Position numbers and translations under genes: made by a program. Below the pieces are notes generated by a model. It was not told the DNA's origin and did not search any database. It worked only from the letters and a program-made list of their open reading frames with translations. Positions 1-8,537 of a DNA stretch of 27,344 bases are shown piece by piece. Position 1 is the first letter of the stretch, and each line of letters starts with the position of its first letter. The DNA lies in contig JBAXBA010000048.1 in assembly GCA_037142195.1 (NCBI GenBank), forward strand, positions 1-27,344, given 5' to 3'. The stretch is from Pseudomonadota bacterium (GTDB lineage: Bacteria; Bdellovibrionota_B; Oligoflexia; Oligoflexales; CAIMVM01).

Positions 1-17
1 GGAAATGAACAGTCAAC

Positions 18-254
18 TTGTTATGCACAAGTTTGCGTAAGTTTCATGTAGCGGTTGCCGATGTCATTTCTGTGCTTAGGCGAGGGACCTATGAGGAGGA
101 AAAGGATGAGTGGAATGGCGATCTGCAAAGTTGGGCGTATTCAATCCGAGGGAAAACTATGGACAGGATCGAGCTCCGGATTCCAATAGCCATAGAAACA
201 GACGAGGGTGGAGTTGTCGTGGTTTCCGTTGTGAATTTATCTTTTGAGGGCTAA
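18..254 (+). CDS. DUF4258-like (RelE-superfamily) putative toxin; 5' end uncertain or truncated
   Basis: DVISVLRRG...W.Y.IRG.T.D...LRI.IAI...VVVVSV pattern fits DUF4258, and it ends 5 nt before an HTH gene. The usual N-terminal HA..R segment is absent, the start is TTG, and an in-frame TGA lies at 6-8. Confidence 0.55.
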   Translation: MLCTSLRKFHVAVADVISVLRRGTYEEEKDEWNGDLQSWAYSIRGKTMDRIELRIPIAIETDEGGVVVVSVVNLSFEG

Positions 255-259
255 AAAAT

Positions 260-715
260 ATGGAAACGCTGCCAGATAAAATATTGTGGGATGGGTTTGG
301 GTTTCCCGTCGTGATTCAAGGTGCACGCTGGAAAATAATGCCTTCAGGATACCGAGTTCTTGACGTTGATGCACAGAAATTGGCTGCCCTCGTTCGCAAC
401 GCTCTTCTCCTTCACAATGCGCCGCTGACAGGCAGGCAGGTGAAGTTTTTTCGGTCTCATCTCGAACTCACGCAAGGCGAGTTTGGAAAGCTTGTGGGCA
501 AAACGCACGCTGCTGTGGCGCAGTGGGAAGGCAAAAAACAACAGCCAACCGGGATGGATTTTAATACGGAAATGATGCTTCGACTCAAGATCGCAAGCCA
601 GTTTGGAGAAGATATTCTTCAGCACGTTTTGATTGATGTTGTCATGATTGGCTATGAATCTGCAGCATCGACTTCTACTCCCATTGAGGTCGTCAACCCT
701 GTCGAGGCTGCTTGA
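260..715 (+). CDS. XRE/Cro HTH antitoxin (MqsA/HigA-like)
   Basis: LTGRQVKFFRSHLELTQGEFGKLVGKTHAAVAQWE is an XRE HTH; GAGG RBS; directly follows the toxin-like gene. Confidence 0.75.
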   Translation: METLPDKILWDGFGFPVVIQGARWKIMPSGYRVLDVDAQKLAALVRNALLLHNAPLTGRQVKFFRSHLELTQGEFGKLVGKTHAAVAQWEGKKQQPTGMDFNTEMMLRLKIASQFGEDILQHVLIDVVMIGYESAASTSTPIEVVNPVEAA

Positions 716-1501
716 TCCCTAACTTCCTGACCTAAATACCTAACGAGCCTAGAAAATTACTATTTTTCAGATGGTTACGTTTTTTATTGCACCGCAACTA
801 GTCAGTACATTTTAACTGAATAATGCGTTTCCCATCCTCGGAATGATCTTTGTCGGACAATTAAAGGGAGTTGTCGTCAACTATGGCCTTCCTTGTCACT
901 TCAAACCAAAATTCGGAGCTTCGAAATATTTGGGACAAATTTAATTTCGTCATAAAAGCGGCTTCTTTTAACTTCCTTTGTTTTGCCAGTTGATTGAAGA
1001 TTTTTTTTCACTTGTCGCACAGTCACGTCAGACTATCAGGCCAAGCTTCCGCTCCAGTGACTATACTTAGAGTTTCTTGAGCCCTGGTGCCACCATGCCT
1101 AGAGGGTCTTTAGGTGTGTTTTAATAATATCACGCTCGTCATTTCGCGACTATAAATTCTGGCTCAAAGGCGAGAGCATATCTCGGCATCGGACGCAGAA
1201 CCAATTGTTTGGCTAAATATTGAGGTTACAACCACATGTTCTCTCAAATGAATACCTAATGAAAGTCTTGAGAGGGCCCATTAAGATGATTTTACCCTGC
1301 CTCAAAGGCTAAATTAATTTTCATTGTCATTCTGTTTGCGTTAGTCTTATTTATGGAGACAATGAACATTGAATAGTCAAAGTAAAAATAGAATACGGCT
1401 AAAAATGAAGTGCCAGGCCAAAAATAGTCGTCAAAATTACTTTTATATTCATGTCAAAAAAGCTATTATTGCCCAGTAAGCCTTGCTCATTGGGACGTTT
1501 T

Positions 1502-1855
1502 ATGAGTCGTTTTTCTCCAAAAAAAATTTCAGATGCCGAAACTGAATCCCTTGTAGAGTCAAAACTCAAATGGATTTTGGATGGGTGTTCACCAACGCGC
1601 GTGATTCTTTTTGGATCCGCATCACGTGGCGAACTTACCGATTATTCTGATGTAGATTTTGCTGTATTGTTTGACTCAATACCAGCCTTAATTGAAGGTC
1701 GAAAAACGCTTTTTTCTCGTCCGAGACTTGATGATTGGCCTCAGGACATTCTTTGTTTCGAGGAAGCTGACTTCCTGAGACGAGTTCAAACTGGTGGCGT
1801 GTGCGAGATCATTGCAGAAGAAGGTCAAGTGCTTTTTAAAAGGAGTTCAGTATGA
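1502..1855 (+). CDS. Minimal nucleotidyltransferase (MNT, MntA-like antitoxin)
   Basis: VILFGSASRGELTDYSDVD is an exact GS-X10-DxD motif. ATG 1502 gives typical MNT size; ATG 1451 is an alternative start. Overlaps the HEPN gene by ATGA. Confidence 0.85.
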   Translation: MSRFSPKKISDAETESLVESKLKWILDGCSPTRVILFGSASRGELTDYSDVDFAVLFDSIPALIEGRKTLFSRPRLDDWPQDILCFEEADFLRRVQTGGVCEIIAEEGQVLFKRSSV

Positions 1856-2277
1856 GTCCCCAAAAACAGGAACGTCTTTTTAAAAAAGAATACTCAAGGG
1901 AGCTCCTTAAGATTGCCAGTGGCGATTTGGGAAGTGCGAAAATTTTATTTGATAGTTTTTCAAATACCTCAGGACGTGCTGAAAATATTTTCTTTTTATG
2001 TCAGCAGTCTATTGAAAAGTCATTAAAGGCAGTCTTATGTGCTTTAGAACTTCCGGTTCCGATGGTTCATGAACTAGGAATTTTAGTCGGAAAAATTCCA
2101 ACTTCGTCCAACTTTGAATTTGGGTATGAATTAGCAAGTCTTTCGGAGTTTGCATCCATTCGTAGATATCAAGAGGGAGTATTGATTCTTTCCTTTGAAG
2201 AAGCTCAAGACGTAGTAGCTAAGGCTGAGTCTATACTCCTTTGGGCCCAAAAAATTGTGGATCTTCCGCAGAGCTAG
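1852..2277 (+). CDS. HEPN domain protein, partner of the MNT
   Basis: ASGDL..AK.L, FLCQQSIEKSLKAVL, HEL..L and RRY motifs of the HEPN family; translationally coupled to MNT. Confidence 0.85.
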   Translation: MSPQKQERLFKKEYSRELLKIASGDLGSAKILFDSFSNTSGRAENIFFLCQQSIEKSLKAVLCALELPVPMVHELGILVGKIPTSSNFEFGYELASLSEFASIRRYQEGVLILSFEEAQDVVAKAESILLWAQKIVDLPQS

Positions 2278-2505
2278 TGCTGGTTATTCGGTGAAAGGCT
2301 GTCTGTCGCATCGCAGCCGGTTTTGTTGTTTTGTCTCGGCCCTAGTTCTGCGCTGTTTAAGGGCATATATCTCGCCCAAAAATGGATCTTTAGCATTAAA
2401 ACCTATCATGTCTTGAAAGGGATCCCGATTGCGACGTTCCGAAACCTAGGCGCGATTCCATAGCTCCATCAATTTTTGGCATGGAGCAAGACTTGTGAGG
2501 TGTAT

Positions 2506-2667
2506 CTATTCTGAGGTTATGAAGGCCATAGTGATGTGTCGCGGCCTAGGTTGGGCTTGTCCTTTCAAGACACGGAAGGCTCTTATCCTAGGTTGACCCA
2601 CAGGGCATAACTGATCCGCCTCTTGGGGGCGAGTTTTTTGCCCTGCGGGCGACTGCAGTATTTTCAT
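2506..2667 (-). CDS. Possible 53-aa small ORF, no recognisable family
   Basis: GGAGG 8 nt before ATG 2667, but it overlaps a strongly base-paired region and may not be coding. Confidence 0.2.
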   Translation of the reverse strand: MKILQSPAGQKTRPQEADQLCPVGQPRIRAFRVLKGQAQPRPRHITMAFITSE

Positions 2668-3005
2668 GGCATAGGCCTCCGTTTGATGCTTCTTCCAAGA
2701 CAGCACTTATTATCGAATCAGTCAGTTTCCGATAATAACGCTAAGTCTCATTGCCAAGCATGAGTATTGGGAAATGCGTTACTACCGATTTTGAAAGGAA
2801 TCGATAATAATAAACATTTGCCTTTGCTTGGAGCAAAGCGAAGATCCCATGCTAGGCGCACTACATCCATTCTTTTGCACCAAGCATGTCTCAAGTCTCA
2901 TTGGCACGGAGAGCCGTGCCGACTGCCTGGTGGGAAATTTAGCCGTAGCAATCAATGAGAAGTACTAATTTCGCCTAAGTGCGCTGCTCTCAGCACTTCA
3001 GCAAC

Positions 3006-3500
3006 TCAAAACGGGCAAACCGAGTCGATGTACTTGATAAGTGCCTCGGTTTCGAAAGATGCATTCTTGCGGGAGTTTTCTTCGTCGAGAAGAATTGTCT
3101 GAGTATCGGGAAACGCATATTCACCATGAGAGACGGAATAAACATGTTTTGGCTTTTCGGAGTGAGTTTGTGGAAGAGCTACAAAGTCTTGGCTGTAGAG
3201 TGCATCACGGCCAACAACTGGAGGAATCTCAATTGGGGTATCGGTTACACTGGTCCAGACTACTCGCTCACCAAACCGGTCAAGCTGCCGCATAAATTGC
3301 TTCGCCGTAATCTGACCCTCGTCGTTGGCCTGATTCCGAGAGTTATAGAAGTCGCATTCTAGCTTAAGAAACTGACTTCCAGTGGACGCTGGAAATTCGA
3401 TTTTTTTGTGGTATCGATCCCCCCAGTTTGCAAAAGCGGTAGAGGATGAAAGGGAGAAGAGTCCTAATGCAAGCACAGAAGAAGTCATTTTAATAAACAT
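3006..3500 (-). CDS. Secreted hypothetical protein
   Basis: GGAG RBS before ATG 3500; signal peptide MTSSVLALGLFSLSSSTAFA; divergent from LysR. Confidence 0.7.
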   Translation of the reverse strand: MFIKMTSSVLALGLFSLSSSTAFANWGDRYHKKIEFPASTGSQFLKLECDFYNSRNQANDEGQITAKQFMRQLDRFGERVVWTSVTDTPIEIPPVVGRDALYSQDFVALPQTHSEKPKHVYSVSHGEYAFPDTQTILLDEENSRKNASFETEALIKYIDSVCPF

Positions 3501-3604
3501 AAATATCTCCAACTAGGGATTGGTTGAACTGAGTATTTCTGGAAACATCACCAGGAACACATCTTCTATTTAATAAACTTCGTGTTGCAAGTTAAGACTA
3601 TTAG

Positions 3605-3622
3605 AGTTATATGCCTATAACT
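3605..3622. promoter_or_regulatory. Palindrome, candidate LysR-type operator
   Basis: AGTTATA-TGCC-TATAACT contains T-N11-A and lies in the divergent intergenic region just before the LysR RBS. Confidence 0.45.
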
Positions 3623-3633
3623 GGAGGCGATGG

Positions 3634-4527
3634 GTGGCGCTGCGTGAACATCTAGAAAAACTGCGTTATTTTAGTGTCTTAGCTGACTTCACCTCGATCA
3701 GTGAGGCCGCACGCTCCACCGGCATTTCTCAGGCTGGACTATCTAAAAGCATAGCAAATCTCGAATCAGTTCTAGAAACACAACTATTTGTTCGTTCCTC
3801 CAAAGGGCTCATTCTTACTGCAGAAGGCCAAATTTTGCTAAAAGCAGCGGAGAAGATTCTCAACGAAGCGAATACTGCCGAGGTTACTCTGCGAAAACTC
3901 AAAGCTTCCAGTGTACCGAGAATGGTAAGACTCGGGATGTATGACAGCATTGCCGTCTATTTTTTTAAAGAGATGTCAAAATACTTGCGGGATATCTATC
4001 CCGACGTGTCGATGTCGCTTCTAGTTGATCAAAGCTCCTCTTTAGGAGATGCCGTTGTTGCCGAAAAGATCGATTTAGCCATTGGTGTAAATCTTGTGTC
4101 GCGAAGGCAAAAAGGTTTTGTATATTTTTCTCTTTTTCAAGATTTTTACTCATTTTATGTTTCCCCTTCGATTCAAAATGAAGTTCATGGACAACCTCTG
4201 CTTATTTTCCCTGAGGCATCTGATTCTAATAAAGTCTCAGTTGAAAAACATTTGTCTGGCCTTACCAACTTCGCTTTCCATCGGCTTAATAATTTTGAAA
4301 CACTTAAGGCTTTGGCTGTCCAAGGCCTTGGCATCGGAGTTATGCCGACACAGGTTGCAAAGCCACTTGTGCAAGAAAAAGCCCTTATTCCAACGCAGAT
4401 TTCAAGAACCAAAACACTTTTTGGCCAACATGAAATAGGATTTATAATTTCAGATAAGTTTCTGGCTCGTCATCAAGATTTCGCAATGGACTTATTTCGC
4501 CTGGGAGAGCGTTGGGCCACCTTTTAG
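3634..4527 (+). CDS. LysR-family transcriptional regulator
   Basis: N-terminal HTH LRYFSVLA...SISEAAR..GISQAGLSKSI..LE..LETQLFVR; C-terminal GLGIGVMP; 297 aa; GGAGG RBS. Confidence 0.95.
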   Translation: MALREHLEKLRYFSVLADFTSISEAARSTGISQAGLSKSIANLESVLETQLFVRSSKGLILTAEGQILLKAAEKILNEANTAEVTLRKLKASSVPRMVRLGMYDSIAVYFFKEMSKYLRDIYPDVSMSLLVDQSSSLGDAVVAEKIDLAIGVNLVSRRQKGFVYFSLFQDFYSFYVSPSIQNEVHGQPLLIFPEASDSNKVSVEKHLSGLTNFAFHRLNNFETLKALAVQGLGIGVMPTQVAKPLVQEKALIPTQISRTKTLFGQHEIGFIISDKFLARHQDFAMDLFRLGERWATF

Positions 4528-4806
4528 CTTTTAATAAGCGAAGCTCGAGGTACAAAGAAATGCTAGAGAAGATAATCGACGGAAGCGCATAAAACGTGAA
4601 TTCGACTAATTCAAGATTGAAGGGCAAGATCTAAAATAGGTGAGAACCAATGAGAAAGCGGTCCATTTAGACGCAAATTCCTGCCAGTGGATTAGACACA
4701 AGGCTGACAAGAGGTTTTCAACGTAACCTCTCAATAAGTACGGGTAACCCTTAAGGAGGTTTTTTCCTTAAAGTTTCGATTATTTGTCAGACCCTTGGGA
4801 TTTACT

Positions 4807-5507
4807 TTAAGTGGGTTTGGCTACTCTCTCCATGATTAGGGAGGCTAGACTTGGGATATTTTTATCTGCTGCATTCCTATCTTTGAGATACTTCCAAAAT
4901 GACACCTTAAGCTTTCGGCAGGTACACTTAAGACTAAGGAAGGTATCTCGAACCTGGCGGCCAAGTTCACTCTGGGTGCCACCGCTGACTTTTCTCTTCG
5001 TGACCTTTTCCCTGATGTCTGTCTCGCAGCCATTATTGTGAAGTGGAATAACAAGATAGTCGAGTACCCGCTAATTGGTGTAATCGGCTCTATAACCAGT
5101 CCTGGAACATTAAAGTCGTTATAGCCCTTAAAGATCCAGCCTTCCTTAACTCCCTCTGGAGTCAGACAAATCGTTTCATGAATTACCAGTTCTGCCGTTT
5201 TAGAGCGTTTAGCCGATCCTGGGCGCTTTTCATTGGGGTTTTTCTCTTTGCCTTTATCCGGATCTTCCAAGGTGCTTTTGGGGAACTTTGGCTTGGCTTT
5301 TTCACCCTTAAGAACCGCAATGTCATCGCGAAGACCCTGAATCTGCTCTTTGGCGCGCTGAATTTGTTCTGCTTGCTTTGAAATCTGCTCTGCTTGCTTG
5401 GAAATCACAGTGGATTGATTCGCAATAATAGCCAGCAGCTTGACCAGCGGAGTCAGCTCGCTTTCGGGAATATCTGGGATTTGAATGTCATTATTTTGCA
5501 TAACCAC
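4807..5507 (-). pseudogene. IS66-like transposase pseudogene: N-terminus joined out of frame to C-terminus
   Basis: N part: coiled coil, LRDDIAVLKGEKAKPKF, KRPGS.KRSK, FKGY.DF.V. A different frame (5049-4807) reads IPLHNNGCETDIREKVTKRKVSGGTQSELGRQVRDTFLSLKCTCRKLKVSFWKYL, the TnpC-like C-terminus. Most of the catalytic core is missing. Confidence 0.85.
5364..5405. repeat. Imperfect 21-bp tandem repeat encoding (ISKQAEQ)2 in the transposase coiled coil
   Basis: ttgttctgcttgctttgaaat / ctgctctgcttgcttggaaat. Confidence 0.7.
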
Positions 5508-5730
5508 GATAGTTACAGCAACTTACCCAATAGTCCATCAGCTACCCGCACTTATTGAGAAGTTGAAGATAGGAGACCTAACATGCCGTTATTTTTGCGT
5601 AAAAATTGACATTAAAGCACTCTCTGGACCACGTCCAATCTGCTTTACGTTGCGTCAACCCTTGATTTTAAGGTATCAGTGCGTAGCTGACTTGCTTTGC
5701 AGCAGCCATGAATTAGTTTAGGAGAGCCTT

Positions 5731-6675
5731 ATGCAAACCATACCCGTTGTTGACCTAAATGATTTTAGAAGTGGCGATATTGCGCGCCGACAAAAGTTCG
5801 TCACTACCCTTGGTGATGCTTTAGTCGACATTGGTTTTTTTGCCATTGAAAATCATGGTGTTCCCATGGAGCTTATTGAATCTTCCTATAGACTCGCCAA
5901 AGATTATTTTAAGCTTCCTGAAGCGACGAAAGCCCAGTACGAGGTCAAAGAACTAAAAGGACAGCGGGGACATACTGGTTTTGGCAAAGAGCACGCAAAG
6001 GATTCCAAAGCTCCTGATCTAAAGGAATTTTGGCATGTGGGAAGAGAGCTCCCTGCGGATCATGCGCGGTTTCAAGAGTATCCCAGAAACCTCTGGCCTT
6101 CAGAACTTTCTGATTTTAAGCCAAGCTTTAGCAGTCTCTATGAAACTCTCGATCATTGTGCATCAGACTTATTAAAAGCTGCTGCCCTATATCTTAAACT
6201 TGAGGAATCTCGTTTCTCGTCCATGGCATTTGAAGGGAACTCTATTTTGAGGGTGATTCATTACCCACCTATAGCCGAAGATCGAAACCCCAGTAGCATC
6301 CGTGCTGCAGCCCATGAAGACATCAATCTCATCACCCTACTCTGTGAAGCAACCTCCTCAGGCCTTGAGCTTTTGCAACGTGATGGAACGTGGCGCCCTA
6401 TTCATGCCCTCAAAGGGCAAATCATCGCTGATGCTGGTGACATGCTTCAAAACATCACGAATGGCCTCTTTAAATCTACGACCCATCGCGTCGTCAATCC
6501 TGATAACTCGAGAGAAGAGAGATTTTCGATGCCCTTTTTTGCTCATCCACGATCCGAGTGTGATTTAACTCCCCTCTCTTCGTGTGTGCAGATCTCTGGA
6601 GGCGAAGTAAAGTATCCTAAAATCACCGCTGGGGACTATTTGGCAAAGCGCCTTCGCGAAATAGGCCTCGGCTAA
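5731..6675 (+). CDS. 2-oxoglutarate/Fe(II) dioxygenase, isopenicillin N synthase-like family
   Basis: IPVVDL, GFF.I.NHGV, HxD (AHEDINLITLL), distal His (THRVVNP), RxS (RFSMPFF); AGGAG RBS. Confidence 0.95.
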   Translation: MQTIPVVDLNDFRSGDIARRQKFVTTLGDALVDIGFFAIENHGVPMELIESSYRLAKDYFKLPEATKAQYEVKELKGQRGHTGFGKEHAKDSKAPDLKEFWHVGRELPADHARFQEYPRNLWPSELSDFKPSFSSLYETLDHCASDLLKAAALYLKLEESRFSSMAFEGNSILRVIHYPPIAEDRNPSSIRAAAHEDINLITLLCEATSSGLELLQRDGTWRPIHALKGQIIADAGDMLQNITNGLFKSTTHRVVNPDNSREERFSMPFFAHPRSECDLTPLSSCVQISGGEVKYPKITAGDYLAKRLREIGLG

Positions 6676-6703
6676 AAAGTAATCTCTCGATTTTTCTCTT
6701 TTT

Positions 6704-8242
6704 CTATCTGCAGTAAAGTTGACGTGCTTGTTGCCATTCGCCAAACCAAACAGGAAAAGTTGTATAGAGAAATTGGCACTGAGAAGTCGTTAAAACTACG
6801 GTATCGGAAGCTGGATTGGAAAAGGATTTGACACCTTCAAATACTAATTCAGACATCTGAAAGGCTCCACCGCGTCGCACCACAGCTCCCATGCGTCGCG
6901 CCCAAAACACAAGACTCTTGCCCAAAGCGGCGGAGTCTTGTCCGTAGGAAAGAGAAAGCTGCCTGAGACCATAGGCTATGATCGCCCCAAGAGTGTGTGG
7001 ACTTTGATACCCAGGCGCGGAGCAGTTTCGAGCTGGTGGTGTCGGCTCGGAAGCCATAAATTGAGACAAGACAAATGTACTCATCGATTTCGCTTCACCC
7101 GTCTGAAAGTAGCCTTGATCGGGATTTCTGGAGACCGCTATGCAGGGTACACCTTGAGTCAAAGAACTGCCGTTACTCGCCGCGGTTGCAAATAGGTCTG
7201 CGTAGCCTTCATTTACCGCAGACCAAATCTCTTGATGAGAGACCGCGCGTCCACTTAGTCCTAAAGTACTATTTAAGGAAGATATACTTTTAGGTTCTAA
7301 GGAATCAAAAACAAACTTTTTGAACCCCAAAAACCTGCCTAAGAAGGAAAGAAAGTAACTTGAGGACTGAGGAAAAACATCGACGGTCTCACGTTGCGAA
7401 CCAGATTCCATGAGTCGATGATTCGAATTCAATAAAAGTGCTGACTTTTGAACGCCTGAAACAGCTGCGAGTACCAAATGCCCAAACTCATGAGCGAGTG
7501 TCCAACTGGACTCCCACAAATTAAGAGCCTGAGGTTCTTCGCCCGGTTGTCTTTGGCTACTTGTCGGATAGATCACAAAAGCGGGCTTATCCAGAAAAGA
7601 ATCCACAAAAGAAAGATTGTCAAACTGAAATTCCCTTCGTTCCCCAGCTCCTGGAAACGTGTATCGCCTTTCTAATGCCGGCAGAATGACAAGTGACACT
7701 TTAGGAAGCTCTTGGCGTTCTATGGACTGATAGTATTTGTAAATCGAAAAAATGTTGGTAAAGCTCGAAACCGCTACACCCTCATAGGAATTTCTAGGAT
7801 AAAGAAAGGAATCCTGACAAATGGGAAGTAGAATGGGTTTTGAAATCGTCTTGGAGTCATCCGAGCAACCTTCGTTTTGACCAGGACCAGAACAATCGAC
7901 GATCTGATGAACGTTCATAACTGTTTCTGCCACAACGCCACCTGACAGCGACCCTCTTGACTCCACACTAGAATCAGAAAAACTGTAAGTATTGACCCGA
8001 CTTCCATTCCACACTCGATAGACCAAAGTCCCCACTTTCGGCTTTTGGCCATCTAGGGCACCCATGCAAGATCTATCGCTTAACTGCTAGCCTCCGAGAA
8101 CTTCATTAAACTGACTGGAATCGCCTAAGGGATTTTCAAGGGCAACTTTCTTTTCCCCGCAACCTATTAAAGTCCAAGGAAGCCACAAAGCGGCCACGAC
8201 CACCAAGGAGGGAAAATTCCTTACTTTTTGAACCCTGAACAT
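6704..8242 (-). pseudogene. Lipoprotein zinc metallopeptidase (gluzincin, M4/M36-like) interrupted by one in-frame TAG at 8087-8089
   Basis: LAHEFGH (HExxH), AVNEGYADLF (third ligand) and downstream His (SPHTLG). The same frame continues upstream past the TAG to ATG 8242, giving signal peptide and lipobox ...VVVAALWLPWTLIG-C, with a GGGGG RBS. Confidence 0.75.
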
Positions 8243-8473
8243 AACGCCCCCAAAATCCTAGACTTAAAAAGGACCCGCATCCTGAGCCTAAGGCTCAGAA
8301 CCTCTAGCACTCTTCAAGTTCTGATCCAATACCTAAAAGGCATAAATTTAAGGTGATTAGAGGTCCTAGACCGGTTGTCTTAAGCGGTCGATCAGGAACC
8401 GTCGATAGCGGGTGTCGTCATTTTTGACACCCCCATGGGCTTTAGCATGCGGCTCCAACTCGAAATAGAAATC

Positions 8474-8501
8474 AAAAAACTGGCCTTTTTAAGGGCCAGT
8501 T
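8474..8501 (-). terminator. Rho-independent terminator of the gasdermin-like gene
   Basis: Minus strand AACTGGCCCTTAAAAAGGCCAGTTTTTT: GC stem plus U tract, ~36 nt after the stop at 8538. Confidence 0.7.
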
Positions 8502-8537
8502 CGCAAGCGATTTATAAAATGGAATTCTCTAAATTTT

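Larger units (their letters stand above)
4723..5566 (-). mobile_element. Internally deleted IS66-like element, 844 bp
   Basis: Terminal inverted repeats GTAACCTCTCAATAAGTACGGGTA (4723-4746) and TACCCGCACTTATTGAGAAGTTGA (5543-5566) flank transposase fragments. A GTAA terminus is typical of IS66. Confidence 0.8.

Noticed and set aside
716..780. Integron attC-like site (ACCTAAC...GTTACGT) after the antitoxin
   Set aside because: R boxes are imperfect, there is no internal L-box pairing, and no repeats or integrase are seen.
716..1450. Long ORF-free gap with three GACTAT motifs
   Set aside because: No recognisable pseudogene, regular spacing or RNA structure.
2598..2650. c-di-GMP-I riboswitch (CACAGGGCA...)
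   Set aside because: Lacks the GAAA-loop stem and the GACGCAAAG core.
2908..2950. Group II intron domain V-like start GAGAGCCGTG
   Set aside because: No complementary ACGG/TTC arm or domain VI, and no RT gene.
8087..8089. Genome-wide TAG reassignment as the cause of the internal amber codon
   Set aside because: TAG ends several well-defined genes here at their expected lengths (HEPN, LysR, PilT, ChrA).
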